Position numbers and translations under genes: made by a program. The notes under the pieces were generated by a model. The model was not told the origin of the DNA. It made no database searches and saw nothing but the letters and a program-made list of their open reading frames with translations. 64,000 nt of DNA from an uncultured Gemmatimonadales bacterium (GTDB lineage: Bacteria; Gemmatimonadota; Gemmatimonadetes; Gemmatimonadales; GWC2-71-9): positions 736,001 through 800,000 of the forward strand of contig CAVVKJ010000010.1 of the NCBI GenBank assembly GCA_963748815.1. Direction: 5' to 3'. Positions 21,010 through 31,457 of this stretch are shown here, in pieces (position 1 is the first letter of the stretch; each line of letters opens with the position of its first letter).

Positions 21010-22485
21010 CTATCGACCGCTGGTGGTTGCGGCCCCGGCCAGCGCCTGCGTGGCGGTGCCTGCCGAGGAAACCGACGAGGTGGTGAGCGCGGCGCCGTCC
21101 GCGGTGCCGAGCGGCAGGTACGGAAGCAGCGCGCGGCGGAATCGCGCGACCTGGGTGTCGCGCGCCGCCTGCGCCTGGTTGGCGCGGGCCTGTTCCAGCT
21201 GCAGTCGGACGTCTTGCAGCTCGGTCTGCGTGGAGATGCCTTCCGCGTACCGCACCTCGGCGATTTCGTAGGCGCGGGTCGCCTGCTCCACCACGCTGGC
21301 CGTGGCGAGGCTATTGTCCCGTGCCTCCCGAAGCCGCGCGTTGACCGTCTCGTTGTCGAGCGCCGCCTGCTCCTCGGTGAGCTTGGCCCGCAGCCGCGCG
21401 GCCTCCAGGTTGGCCGCGGCCTGCTGGCGGGCGCCGCTGATGCGTCCGGAGGTGAAGAGGGGCCAGTTGACGACGGCATTGATGGTCCAGTCGTTCCCGA
21501 ACTGGCTGTTGACCGGGAAGAAGTCGCTGCTGTAGCCGGCGCGGTTGTAGTTCATCGTGGTGGACATGGTGGGGATCCACTGGCGCGACGCGGCGGCGCT
21601 CAACTGCTCGCTCTGCGCCACCGATTCCGTGGCGGTCTGGACCACGGCACGCGCCCCGACGGTGGTGTCCGCGCTCGTGATCATCTCCGCCACGTCGGCC
21701 GGCAGGTCACTGAGGTCGGGGTTGTCGTCGAGTGGCGTGGCGAGGATCAGCTCCGCGGACAGCGGGATATCGAGCAGTTGCTTGAGCCGCGTGAGCGCGA
21801 TGACGTGGTTGGCCCGGGCCCGGGTGACCACCGGGATCTGGTTGTCCCGGGAGACACGTGCCCGAAGCTGCTCGAATTCCGACTGGGTCCCGACTTCACG
21901 GCCGAGCGTCACGTCGGCCAGCGTCTTCTCTGCCTGCGCCAGCGTGAACTCGGTGATGGTCAGGAGCTGCGCACTGAGCGAAGCATCGTAGTAGGCGCTG
22001 GCCACCGTGAGAATCGTCAACGCCTGCTGCTGCGTGAGCTGCAGCTCGGACACCCGCGTGGCCGCCTGGCTGGCCCCCAGCTGCGACCACTGGCTCAGGT
22101 TGAACAGCGACATTCCGACGCTGCCCCCCAGCCGCCACTGGTTCGAGGAAGTGAACGGATTCTCCACCGTGCCCGAGCCGCCCGAGAAGAGATTCTCGTA
22201 CGGACTCTCGAGGACGCGCGTGTACTGGGGGCCGAGGTTCACCTGGGGAAGCAGGGCGGAACGGGTCTGCGTCACCACCCCCTTGCTGCGAGTGACGTCC
22301 GCCTTCGCGATGCCGACCTGCTCGCTCGCGGGCCGCGCCCCGGCGAGCGCCGCAGCGAGGGTGAGCCGGAGGGTGTCGGTCGCCGCGGCAGGCACGAGGG
22401 CGGCGGAGGGGGATTGCTGGGCCTGTGCCGTCGAGACGACGACCAGCCCGAAGAGGGCGGTCAGGGCGTGCGCGAGGGTTTTCAT
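21010..22485 (-). CDS. TolC family outer membrane protein
   Basis: Signal peptide, two OEP repeats (LLPQV, WPLFTSG, RYAEG). Confidence 0.9.
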   Translation of the reverse strand: MKTLAHALTALFGLVVVSTAQAQQSPSAALVPAAATDTLRLTLAAALAGARPASEQVGIAKADVTRSKGVVTQTRSALLPQVNLGPQYTRVLESPYENLFSGGSGTVENPFTSSNQWRLGGSVGMSLFNLSQWSQLGASQAATRVSELQLTQQQALTILTVASAYYDASLSAQLLTITEFTLAQAEKTLADVTLGREVGTQSEFEQLRARVSRDNQIPVVTRARANHVIALTRLKQLLDIPLSAELILATPLDDNPDLSDLPADVAEMITSADTTVGARAVVQTATESVAQSEQLSAAASRQWIPTMSTTMNYNRAGYSSDFFPVNSQFGNDWTINAVVNWPLFTSGRISGARQQAAANLEAARLRAKLTEEQAALDNETVNARLREARDNSLATASVVEQATRAYEIAEVRYAEGISTQTELQDVRLQLEQARANQAQAARDTQVARFRRALLPYLPLGTADGAALTTSSVSSAGTATQALAGAATTSGR

Positions 22486-23081
22486 GACTGGGATTGCTCC
22501 GGGATGCCGACAGGCGCGCGCAAGGCGCGCAGGAGGACTTCGACGAAGAGGGCGGCGCACTCCTCCAGCGAGGGAATCTCGGGGACGAGATCGCGCCAGA
22601 GCGCGTTGCTCAGCAGCGAGTGGACCAGCATCGCGGCGCCCCCCTGGAGAATCAGTGGATCGCCCGCGTGCAGAATCCCGCGCTGCTCGAGCGCGGAGAG
22701 GAAGGCCACCAGCTGGTTCATCTCGTCACTGGGGTCTTCGCAGATGCGCGGGGCAATTTCCGGTCGCTGGACCGTATCGCCAAGGATCTGACGAATCAGC
22801 TTCTGGTGCTGATAGAAACGGTGGATGCTGGCCCTCGCCCAGCGATGCAACTCGGCAACTGGGTCGGCGGCGGCGGCGTTGAGCGCGGGACGGCTGTGGC
22901 GGTCGGCCTGTTCGATGGCCTCGCGCAGGAGGGCGTCCTTGCTGCCGAACTGGCGGAAGAGGGTGACCTCGTTCAGCCCCGCCTCATCGGCGATGCGTCG
23001 GGTGGTCGTGCCGTGGTAGCCCGACTCGGCGTACACCCGCGCCGCCACTTCCAGGAGTCGTTCACGAGAATCGGTAGACAT
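22482..23081 (-). CDS. TetR/AcrR family regulator
   Basis: GYHGTTTRRIADEAGLNEVTLFRQFGSKDAL HTH. Confidence 0.93.
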   Translation of the reverse strand: MSTDSRERLLEVAARVYAESGYHGTTTRRIADEAGLNEVTLFRQFGSKDALLREAIEQADRHSRPALNAAAADPVAELHRWARASIHRFYQHQKLIRQILGDTVQRPEIAPRICEDPSDEMNQLVAFLSALEQRGILHAGDPLILQGGAAMLVHSLLSNALWRDLVPEIPSLEECAALFVEVLLRALRAPVGIPEQSQS

Positions 23082-23089
23082 GGGGCAAG

Positions 23090-23132
23090 AACATAGAGCG
23101 CAAAGGGTGACAATGCAAGCACGTACTTGCAT
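23090..23132 (-). promoter_or_regulatory. TetR operon promoter with overlapping 20-bp palindromic operator
   Basis: TTGCAT-N17-TATGTT-N8-ATG; ATGCAAGCACGTACTTGCAT (23113-23132) covers the -35. Confidence 0.75.
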
Positions 23133-23192
23133 ATCACGCGGGGGCCGTGCTCCCGCCGGCTCCCAACCAACTGCCTCACAAACGGTTACCGG

Positions 23193-24788
<1,596 letters not shown>

Positions 24789-24911
24789 CGGGGCGGCACC
24801 TCCAGAGGGTCGCCCATCTTAGCGGGCGCCTCCCTGCCCTGCGGGATGCTTCGGTCGCCGACAGGCGCCGGATAACGCGTCGAGTCCGCGAACGCCCAAT
24901 TGCAACCATTC

Positions 24912-24949
24912 TTGACTCCGATCTATCCTACCTTTAGTCTGTCTGAAGG
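24912..24949 (+). promoter_or_regulatory. PadR promoter with overlapping near-palindromic operator
   Basis: TTGACT-N17-TAGTCT; CCTTTAG-N5-CTGAAGG at 24931-24949; SD GGAGG follows. Confidence 0.65.
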
Positions 24950-24959
24950 AGGTGGACCG

Positions 24960-25310
24960 ATGGCCGACCATGACGGGGAACTGCTGCAGGGCACGCTGGA
25001 AATGCTGGTGCTCAAGACCCTCGCACTCGAACCCCTGCACGGCTGGGGCATCGCGCACCGGATCGAGGCGCTGTCGGGGCGGGTGTTCCTGGTCAGCCAG
25101 GGTTCGCTCTACCCTGCCCTGATCCGGATGAAGCGCCGAGGGCTGGTGCGATCCGAATGGCGCATGACGGAGAACCGCCGGCGCGCGCGCTATTACGAAC
25201 TGACCCCGGCCGGCCGCCGGCAGCTCGAGGTGGAACGGACCACTTGGCGTCGCGCCTCCGCGGCGATCGACGGCATCCTGAATGCCCAATGGGCCATCGA
25301 GGGAGCATGA
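24960..25310 (+). CDS. PadR family regulator, acidobacterial type
   Basis: LQGTLEMLVLKTL..LHGWGI, QGSLYPAL, ENRRRARYY. Confidence 0.93.
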   Translation: MADHDGELLQGTLEMLVLKTLALEPLHGWGIAHRIEALSGRVFLVSQGSLYPALIRMKRRGLVRSEWRMTENRRRARYYELTPAGRRQLEVERTTWRRASAAIDGILNAQWAIEGA

Positions 25311-27973
25311 CCTTCATCTCTGACGCAATCGAGCGCATCCGGGCCCTGATTTTCCGGGGACGGGAGGAGCGCGAACTGGCGGAAGAACTGCGTTTTCACC
25401 TCGAGGAGGAGGCCGCCTACCGACGTCGCACCGGTCTCGACGATGCGGAGGCTCGGCGGCAGAGCGGCATGGCGCTCGGCGGGGTGGAGCAGGTCAAGGA
25501 GGAGGTGCGCGATGCCCGTGGCACCCGCTGGCTCGAGGACACCCGGGGTGACATCGCCTTCACGCTGCGAACGCTCGCCCATCACAAGGGGTTTGCGGCA
25601 GTCGTGATCCTGACCCTGGCGCTCGGCATCGGCGGCACGACCGCGGTGTTCAGCGCCGTAGACGCCGTCCTGCTCCGGCCGCTGCCGTATCAGGAGTCGG
25701 GTCAGTTGGTTCGCCTCTACGTGGGCTACACTGAGTATCCGGACGCTCGGAACTTCGTGTCACCGGTACAGTATGGGGTGTATCGGGACCAGCTGGAGAC
25801 GGTGGAGTCGCTTGCGGCGGTGCTGACTTACTCGGAGCGCGGGGCGGACGTCGGATCGGGCACCGATGCCCACCGGATTCGGCTGCTCTACACCAGCGCC
25901 AACTACTTCGACGTCCTCCGGGTGGCGCCTGCGCTCGGACGGACGCTCCCGCCCGAGGCCGAACGCGGACCGGGCAACGGGGACGAGGTCGACGCCGCGC
26001 CGCTCGTCGTGTTGAGTCACCAGCTCTGGCAGGATCAGTTCCATGCCGACCCGGCGGCGGTCGGCCGCAGTCTGATGATGAACGGCAAGTCCTACCAGGT
26101 CGTGGGCGTCATGCCGGCGGGGTTCAAGGATCCAATCGCCGATGGCATCGCGGCCTGGGTGCCCCTCGACCTGAGTTTCGCCAGCGATCCCAGCCAGGCG
26201 GGCAATCACTACCTCTCGGTCATCGGCCGCCTGCGGCCAGGCCTCTCGCTGGGTGGCGCCCAGGGAGACGTCGATCGCATCGCCCTCCAGATGGCCGCGG
26301 ATTTTCCCGATATCCAGCGGGAGCGTGCGCGCCTCTACCCGCTCAAGGAGGATGTCGTCGGTTCCTCGAGTCGGGCCCTCAGCATCATGCTTGGCGCGGT
26401 CGGTCTTGTGCTGTTGTTGGTCTGCGTGAACCTGGCGAACCTGATGCTGGTCCGCGGCTCCGAGCGCGGCCGGGAATTCGCGGTGCGATCGGCGCTGGGC
26501 GCGGGAGGACGTCGCCTTGCGCGGCAGCTCCTGATCGAGAGCCTCACCCTCGCGCTGGCCGGTGCCCTCGCCGGATTGGTGGTGGCCCGCCTCGCGATGG
26601 CCGCCATCGTCGCGCTCGGCGCCGGCACCATCCCTCGGCTCGAGTCCCTCTCGCTGAACCCCTGGCTGCTGCTGTTCTCACTGGCGCTCGCAAGCGGTTG
26701 CGCGGTGCTCTTCGGGCTGGCGCCGGCGCTCCGCGCGGCACGGACGCAGCCGGGGGACGCCCTGCGGGATCAGAGCCGCTCGAACTCCGGCGGCGCTCGC
26801 TCGCTGCGAGGCCGGGAGTGGCTCGTCATCTCCCAGGTCGCGCTCGCCTTCGTCCTCCTGATCGGTGCGGGACTCCTGCTCGCCTCGTTTCGGCAGATTG
26901 GGCGCGTCGACCTGGGCATCCGAACGGACAACGTCCTGACCTTCCAGCTGAACCTGCCCGATACACGGTACGACTCCACTGCGCGCGCCAGCTTCTTTGA
27001 CTCGTTCGCGGAGCAGGTGGCCGCGCTGCCCGGCGTCCGCGCCGCCGGCGGCGTGTCCAGGCTCCCGGCCACCGGAGCGTACCACCACTGGGGGACCGTC
27101 GCGTTGTCGGGGCCCCTGGTCGGAGATCGGGAACGCGGACGGGCAGGCGCTCAGAACCGCGTGGTGTCGGGCGAGTACTTCAAGACCATGGGCATCCCAC
27201 TGATCGCCGGGCGGACGTTCTCGTCAGCCGATGACCGAACGGCACCGGACCGGGTCGTGATCAGCCAGCAACTGGCCGAGCGGCTGTTCCCTGGCATTGA
27301 GGCCGTTGGGCAACGGCTCAACAGCGGGGGCCGGGAGAACGAGGTGATCGGCGTGGTGGGCAATGTGGCGGTCACGAACGAAGGCGAGGGGGATAATTTC
27401 GTCTATCACCCACACCGGCAGTTCGCGGGGGACCGGAACTGGGCCCTGACGCAGGTCGTGGCCACCGACGGCCCACCCGCGGCCTCGGTGCCCGCCATCC
27501 GGGAGCTCCTCGCCACCGCGGACCCACAGCTGGTCATGTTCCGCCCCAGCCCGCTCGACGAAGTCATCGGCCGGGGCGCCGCGCAGCGCCTCTTCACGAT
27601 GCGCATCCTGCTCACCTTTGCGGCCGTTGCGCTGGCGCTCGCCGCGCTCGGACTGTTCGGGGTGCTCTCCTACGGCGTCAAGCTCCGCACGAGGGAATTC
27701 GGTATTCGCATGGCGCTGGGGGCCGAACGGAGCACCATTCGCCGGGCGGTCCTGCGTCAGGGCTTGACGGTTGCAGCATTCGGCGTCGTGCTCGGGCTTC
27801 TGGTGGCATTGCCCCTCTCGAGGCTGATGCGAGCCCTGCTCTTTCAGGTCAGCCCGCTCGACCCCTGGGTGATCGCCGGGGCCATCCTGTTTATGGGCAT
27901 CGTCGCCACCGTCGCCAGCTACCTGCCGGCGCGGCAGGCAACCGCCGTTGATCCGCGGACGGCGCTGCAGTAG
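25307..27973 (+). CDS. Duplicated orphan ABC permease (ADOP type)
   Basis: EELRFHLE permease-prefix domain, two MacB/FtsX repeats (REFAVRSALGA, REFGIRMALGA); no adjacent ATPase. Confidence 0.9.
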   Translation: MTFISDAIERIRALIFRGREERELAEELRFHLEEEAAYRRRTGLDDAEARRQSGMALGGVEQVKEEVRDARGTRWLEDTRGDIAFTLRTLAHHKGFAAVVILTLALGIGGTTAVFSAVDAVLLRPLPYQESGQLVRLYVGYTEYPDARNFVSPVQYGVYRDQLETVESLAAVLTYSERGADVGSGTDAHRIRLLYTSANYFDVLRVAPALGRTLPPEAERGPGNGDEVDAAPLVVLSHQLWQDQFHADPAAVGRSLMMNGKSYQVVGVMPAGFKDPIADGIAAWVPLDLSFASDPSQAGNHYLSVIGRLRPGLSLGGAQGDVDRIALQMAADFPDIQRERARLYPLKEDVVGSSSRALSIMLGAVGLVLLLVCVNLANLMLVRGSERGREFAVRSALGAGGRRLARQLLIESLTLALAGALAGLVVARLAMAAIVALGAGTIPRLESLSLNPWLLLFSLALASGCAVLFGLAPALRAARTQPGDALRDQSRSNSGGARSLRGREWLVISQVALAFVLLIGAGLLLASFRQIGRVDLGIRTDNVLTFQLNLPDTRYDSTARASFFDSFAEQVAALPGVRAAGGVSRLPATGAYHHWGTVALSGPLVGDRERGRAGAQNRVVSGEYFKTMGIPLIAGRTFSSADDRTAPDRVVISQQLAERLFPGIEAVGQRLNSGGRENEVIGVVGNVAVTNEGEGDNFVYHPHRQFAGDRNWALTQVVATDGPPAASVPAIRELLATADPQLVMFRPSPLDEVIGRGAAQRLFTMRILLTFAAVALALAALGLFGVLSYGVKLRTREFGIRMALGAERSTIRRAVLRQGLTVAAFGVVLGLLVALPLSRLMRALLFQVSPLDPWVIAGAILFMGIVATVASYLPARQATAVDPRTALQ

Positions 27974-28000
27974 CCAGCACGTCCGGCGGGGGCGCGGGCA

Positions 28001-28906
28001 CTACGGGACCCGCGTCCCCACCGCCTGGATCGAGTCGTCCTTGCGGCGGATCACGAACCCCGTCGCCTTCCCGTCCGCGACCGAAAACTCCGTGGCCAGG
28101 CTCGGCACGGCGTCGAAGATGTCCCCCGCCTCGATGAACCCGGGATAGAACGCGTCGTCACCAATGCTCACGAGGATGGCGTGGTACGGTGCCTCCTCGT
28201 CCCCCACCACCTCCCAATCCAGCACCAGCTTGTCCTCCGTGTAGGAGATGTTCCAGGTCTCCACCGGCGGGGGGACCGAATCAGTGCGCACGACGGTCGT
28301 GTCCCGTGGAATCCAGCGCAGGGAATAGCGTCCCACGTATTGCGCGGCGAGCGCCGCTGCGAACGTGAGCGGATGCGACGGCGTGACGGCAACGGACATC
28401 GAGACGGACCGCCCGGCCCATGCCATCCGCAGCACCATGCCCGACGTCGAGATGGTCGGGAACGACCAGATGAGGACGTCGGGCCCCGTCACGCTGTCCG
28501 GCGTGACGCCGAACCGAATCTGGGCGCTGTCGGGCTCCGGATGCGCGGTGTGAAACTGCTTCGCCCTCGGATCGAGGATGACGGTCCAGTCCCCCGGCTC
28601 CACCTGCATCCACACCGAGTATTTCCCCTTGGGGACGGGATGGCCGTCGATGATGACATCGTTCGTGACCTCGAGCGTGGTGGCCCAATTGGCGCCGGGG
28701 GTCCAGACCTCCCCCCATCGCACTTCCCCGCCGTAGATCGGCGACCGGCCACGTGAGCGGGGACGGCTGTATTCCACCGTGAGCACGGTGCCGTCCACCG
28801 TCTGCGACACGGTGGCCGGTTCGCTCGCACGCACTTGCGCGTGCATCCCGGCAGGGAGGCACACCATGAGCCCGACGACGGCCTGCCAACGACGGACGTT
28901 CGGCAT
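28001..28906 (-). CDS. DUF2911 domain protein with C-terminal extension (paralog 3)
   Basis: Signal peptide, RASE..SQ, YSRP..RGR, WTPGANWAT, FHTAHP. Confidence 0.85.
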   Translation of the reverse strand: MPNVRRWQAVVGLMVCLPAGMHAQVRASEPATVSQTVDGTVLTVEYSRPRSRGRSPIYGGEVRWGEVWTPGANWATTLEVTNDVIIDGHPVPKGKYSVWMQVEPGDWTVILDPRAKQFHTAHPEPDSAQIRFGVTPDSVTGPDVLIWSFPTISTSGMVLRMAWAGRSVSMSVAVTPSHPLTFAAALAAQYVGRYSLRWIPRDTTVVRTDSVPPPVETWNISYTEDKLVLDWEVVGDEEAPYHAILVSIGDDAFYPGFIEAGDIFDAVPSLATEFSVADGKATGFVIRRKDDSIQAVGTRVP

Positions 28907-28937
28907 TCACCCTCCCGGAGGGAAACTCGACATCGTG

Positions 28938-28980
28938 AAACGGGCGGCGCCACCGAGACCGCCACCGGTAGCGTCGCCCG
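28938..28980 (-). terminator. Hairpin between DUF2911 paralogs (weak terminator or stabiliser)
   Basis: Minus strand CGGGCGACGCTACCG-N10-CGGTGGCGCCGCCCG followed by TTT. Confidence 0.45.
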
Positions 28981-29006
28981 ACCTGCTGTTCAGGGGTACA
29001 TGCCCG

Positions 29007-29939
29007 CTACTTGATCCGTACGGCCGATCCCATCGCCTGATCGTCTTCCCCGCGCACCACGAAGCCGGTAGCCTTCCCGTTCTTCAGCTCGAACTCGACG
29101 ACCAGGTCGTTGGCGACGTCGAACACCTCGCCGTCCACCATCGCACCAGGATTGAACCAGTCGTCGCCGATCCGGATCAGGACCATATGGGCCCATTCGG
29201 GAAAGATCGGCGGATCCCAGTCCGAAAGCAGCATGCCGTTGCGATAGGTCACCGTCCAGGTCGACGCCTCGGCCGTGGAGGGACCCTCGTCGGGGGCGTC
29301 GGGAGGCGGCGCTGAATCTCCCGGTAGCGGCTCCGGTCGAGGCGCAAAGCGGAACTCGTACCGGCCGGTGTAGCGCGGCGCCAGCGACGCGGCGAGCGTG
29401 ATCGGGTGGGACGGCGGGACGACGATTTCCAGCGGGACCGACCGGCCCGCCCACGCCATCTGGAGCGTCACCCCGGTCGGCCCGATCCGGGGAAACGACC
29501 AGGTGAGCACCTCGGGACCGCTCAGGCTGTCGGGAGTGACCGCAAACCGGATCTGGCTGCTGTCGGGCTGCGGGTGCACGGTGTGGAAGAGCTTCGCTCT
29601 CGGGTCGAGGATGACGGTCCATGCCCCCCGCTCCACCTGCATCCACACCGAGTACTTCCCCTTGGGAACGAGATGCCCGTCGATGGTGACATCGTTCGTC
29701 ACCTCGAGCGTGGTGGCCCAGTTGGCCCCCGGAGTCCAGACCTCGCCCCACGTGACTTCATCGCCAAAAATCGGCGACCGCCCCCGGGTGCGGGGCCGGC
29801 TGTAGTCGACGGTGATGACCGTGCCATCCACCGTCTGCGAGATCGTGGCGGCTTCGCTGGCGCGTACCTGCGCCTCAAGCGCCGGCGGAAGGGCCGTGAG
29901 GGCGGCGAGCATTCCCGCCCAGGTGCCAATTCGTCGCAT
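29007..29939 (-). CDS. DUF2911 domain protein with C-terminal extension (paralog 2)
   Basis: Same motifs with FHTVHP; SD AAGGAG upstream. Confidence 0.85.
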   Translation of the reverse strand: MRRIGTWAGMLAALTALPPALEAQVRASEAATISQTVDGTVITVDYSRPRTRGRSPIFGDEVTWGEVWTPGANWATTLEVTNDVTIDGHLVPKGKYSVWMQVERGAWTVILDPRAKLFHTVHPQPDSSQIRFAVTPDSLSGPEVLTWSFPRIGPTGVTLQMAWAGRSVPLEIVVPPSHPITLAASLAPRYTGRYEFRFAPRPEPLPGDSAPPPDAPDEGPSTAEASTWTVTYRNGMLLSDWDPPIFPEWAHMVLIRIGDDWFNPGAMVDGEVFDVANDLVVEFELKNGKATGFVVRGEDDQAMGSAVRIK

Positions 29940-29989
29940 CGAGACTCCTTCGGGTGGTGCGAGTCGCCTGCGTCCTGCCACTGGAAATC

Positions 29990-30859
29990 CTACGGGACCC
30001 GGATGCCGCGCCCCATCACCATGTCGTTGGGACCGCGGATCTCGAATCCGGTCGCGCGCCCATCGGCGAGCGCAAACTCGAACACCACGTCGGTCACGAT
30101 GTCGTAGAGCGCCCCGTCGACCAGGGCACCCGGCTGAAACCACCCGTCGCCGATCTGTACGAAAGTGAGGTCCGTCCAAGCCGGGAAAGGCGCGCCGTTC
30201 CATCGAGCCAGGAGGTGTTCGTCCGCGGCGGAGACGGTCAGGTCGCTCTGGTTCGCCTCGGAGCGCCACCAGAGCTTGTACCGGCCGGCATACTGGGCCG
30301 CAACCCCTGCGGCGACCTCGGGAACCTCGACCGGCGGCACGCCGATCCGGAACGCGACCGACCGGCCCGCCCACGCCATCTGCACGGTGGTCCCCGACGC
30401 GGACATTCCCGAGAAGGACCATGTCAACAGGTCGGGACCCTGGACAGCTTCCGGCGAGACCTGGAACCGGAACTGCGCGCTGTCAGGCTTCGGGTGGGCG
30501 GTATGGAACATCCGCGCCCTCGGGTCGAGGATGACGGTCCAGCGGTCGGGCTGCACCTCCATCCACACTGAGTACTTGCCGCGGGCCAGCGTCCGACCGT
30601 CGATCGTCAGGTCGTGGTCCGTCTCGAGTGTGGTGGCCCAGTTGGCACCCGGCGTCCAGACCGTGCCCCAGGGGATCTGGCCTCCATACACCTGCTCCCG
30701 GCCGCGGAGGGCAGGCCTCCCATAGTCGATCGTGATGGTGGTGCCATTGATCTGCTGAAAGACGCCTCCGCGCTCGCTGGCTCTGACCTGCGCATTGGCG
30801 GCGGTGACGCCCGCCAGCAACCCCGCCAGGGCGAGCATCCACCCCCGATCATGTCGCAT
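29990..30859 (-). CDS. DUF2911 domain protein with C-terminal extension (paralog 1)
   Basis: Same motifs with FHTAHP; SD AAGGAGG upstream. Confidence 0.85.
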   Translation of the reverse strand: MRHDRGWMLALAGLLAGVTAANAQVRASERGGVFQQINGTTITIDYGRPALRGREQVYGGQIPWGTVWTPGANWATTLETDHDLTIDGRTLARGKYSVWMEVQPDRWTVILDPRARMFHTAHPKPDSAQFRFQVSPEAVQGPDLLTWSFSGMSASGTTVQMAWAGRSVAFRIGVPPVEVPEVAAGVAAQYAGRYKLWWRSEANQSDLTVSAADEHLLARWNGAPFPAWTDLTFVQIGDGWFQPGALVDGALYDIVTDVVFEFALADGRATGFEIRGPNDMVMGRGIRVP

Positions 30860-30917
30860 GGGAGATTCCTCCTTGTTGATTATTCCGATCGCCTGCAGCA
30901 CCCGGCCAGGTCCATGA

Positions 30918-31346
30918 TCACCCGTATCGCGCGTCGACGGCAACGCGGATTTCATCCAGCGTCTTCCCCGCCTTGAAGAGCCGGGCCGCGAGGCGGCCCT
31001 GTCCCTGGCAAATCTCACAGATCCGGGCCATGCCGGCGCCTTCGTAGCAGGAGAGCAGCGAATAGAAGCCCGGAATGTCGGCGCATCCACAGTGACACCG
31101 GATGCCGTCCACGATCTGGGGTATCTGCCGGATCGCTTCGAACGCCGACTGACAGGAGGGGTAATCCACCAGTTCGGAATCCGGGAGGACCTTCTCGGAG
31201 GTGATGCCGGGGCGCGGCGTCGGGTGCGCGGGGTCGCCGCGCCGCCGGCGTGCGGCCCCCCACAACGGCCCGGCCAGGCCGACAGCGGCGGCACCGCAGC
31301 AGGCGGCGAGGAAGTGGCGGCGTGAGCAGTTGGGTGCGTGCTTCAC
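30918..31346 (-). CDS. PCYCGC-like Cys-rich protein with Tat signal
   Basis: SRRHFL twin-arginine motif; RCHCGC..SLLSCY..CEIC..GKTLDEIR; GTG start after GGAGG. Confidence 0.8.
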   Translation of the reverse strand: MKHAPNCSRRHFLAACCGAAAVGLAGPLWGAARRRRGDPAHPTPRPGITSEKVLPDSELVDYPSCQSAFEAIRQIPQIVDGIRCHCGCADIPGFYSLLSCYEGAGMARICEICQGQGRLAARLFKAGKTLDEIRVAVDARYG

Positions 31347-31457
31347 AGGTCCTCCGGCCGGGATGCGGACGGTGTCGGGAGCCGATCGTCAATGGGGAGA
31401 ATCGCATTCAACATAGGGTGCGCCACGGGAAAACGAAACGGGGGCCCCGCACGCGGA

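Noticed and set aside
31400..31430. Sigma-54 promoter upstream of the CHCGC gene (minus strand TGGCGCACCCTATGT)
   Set aside because: The -12 dinucleotide is GT rather than GC; too weak to call
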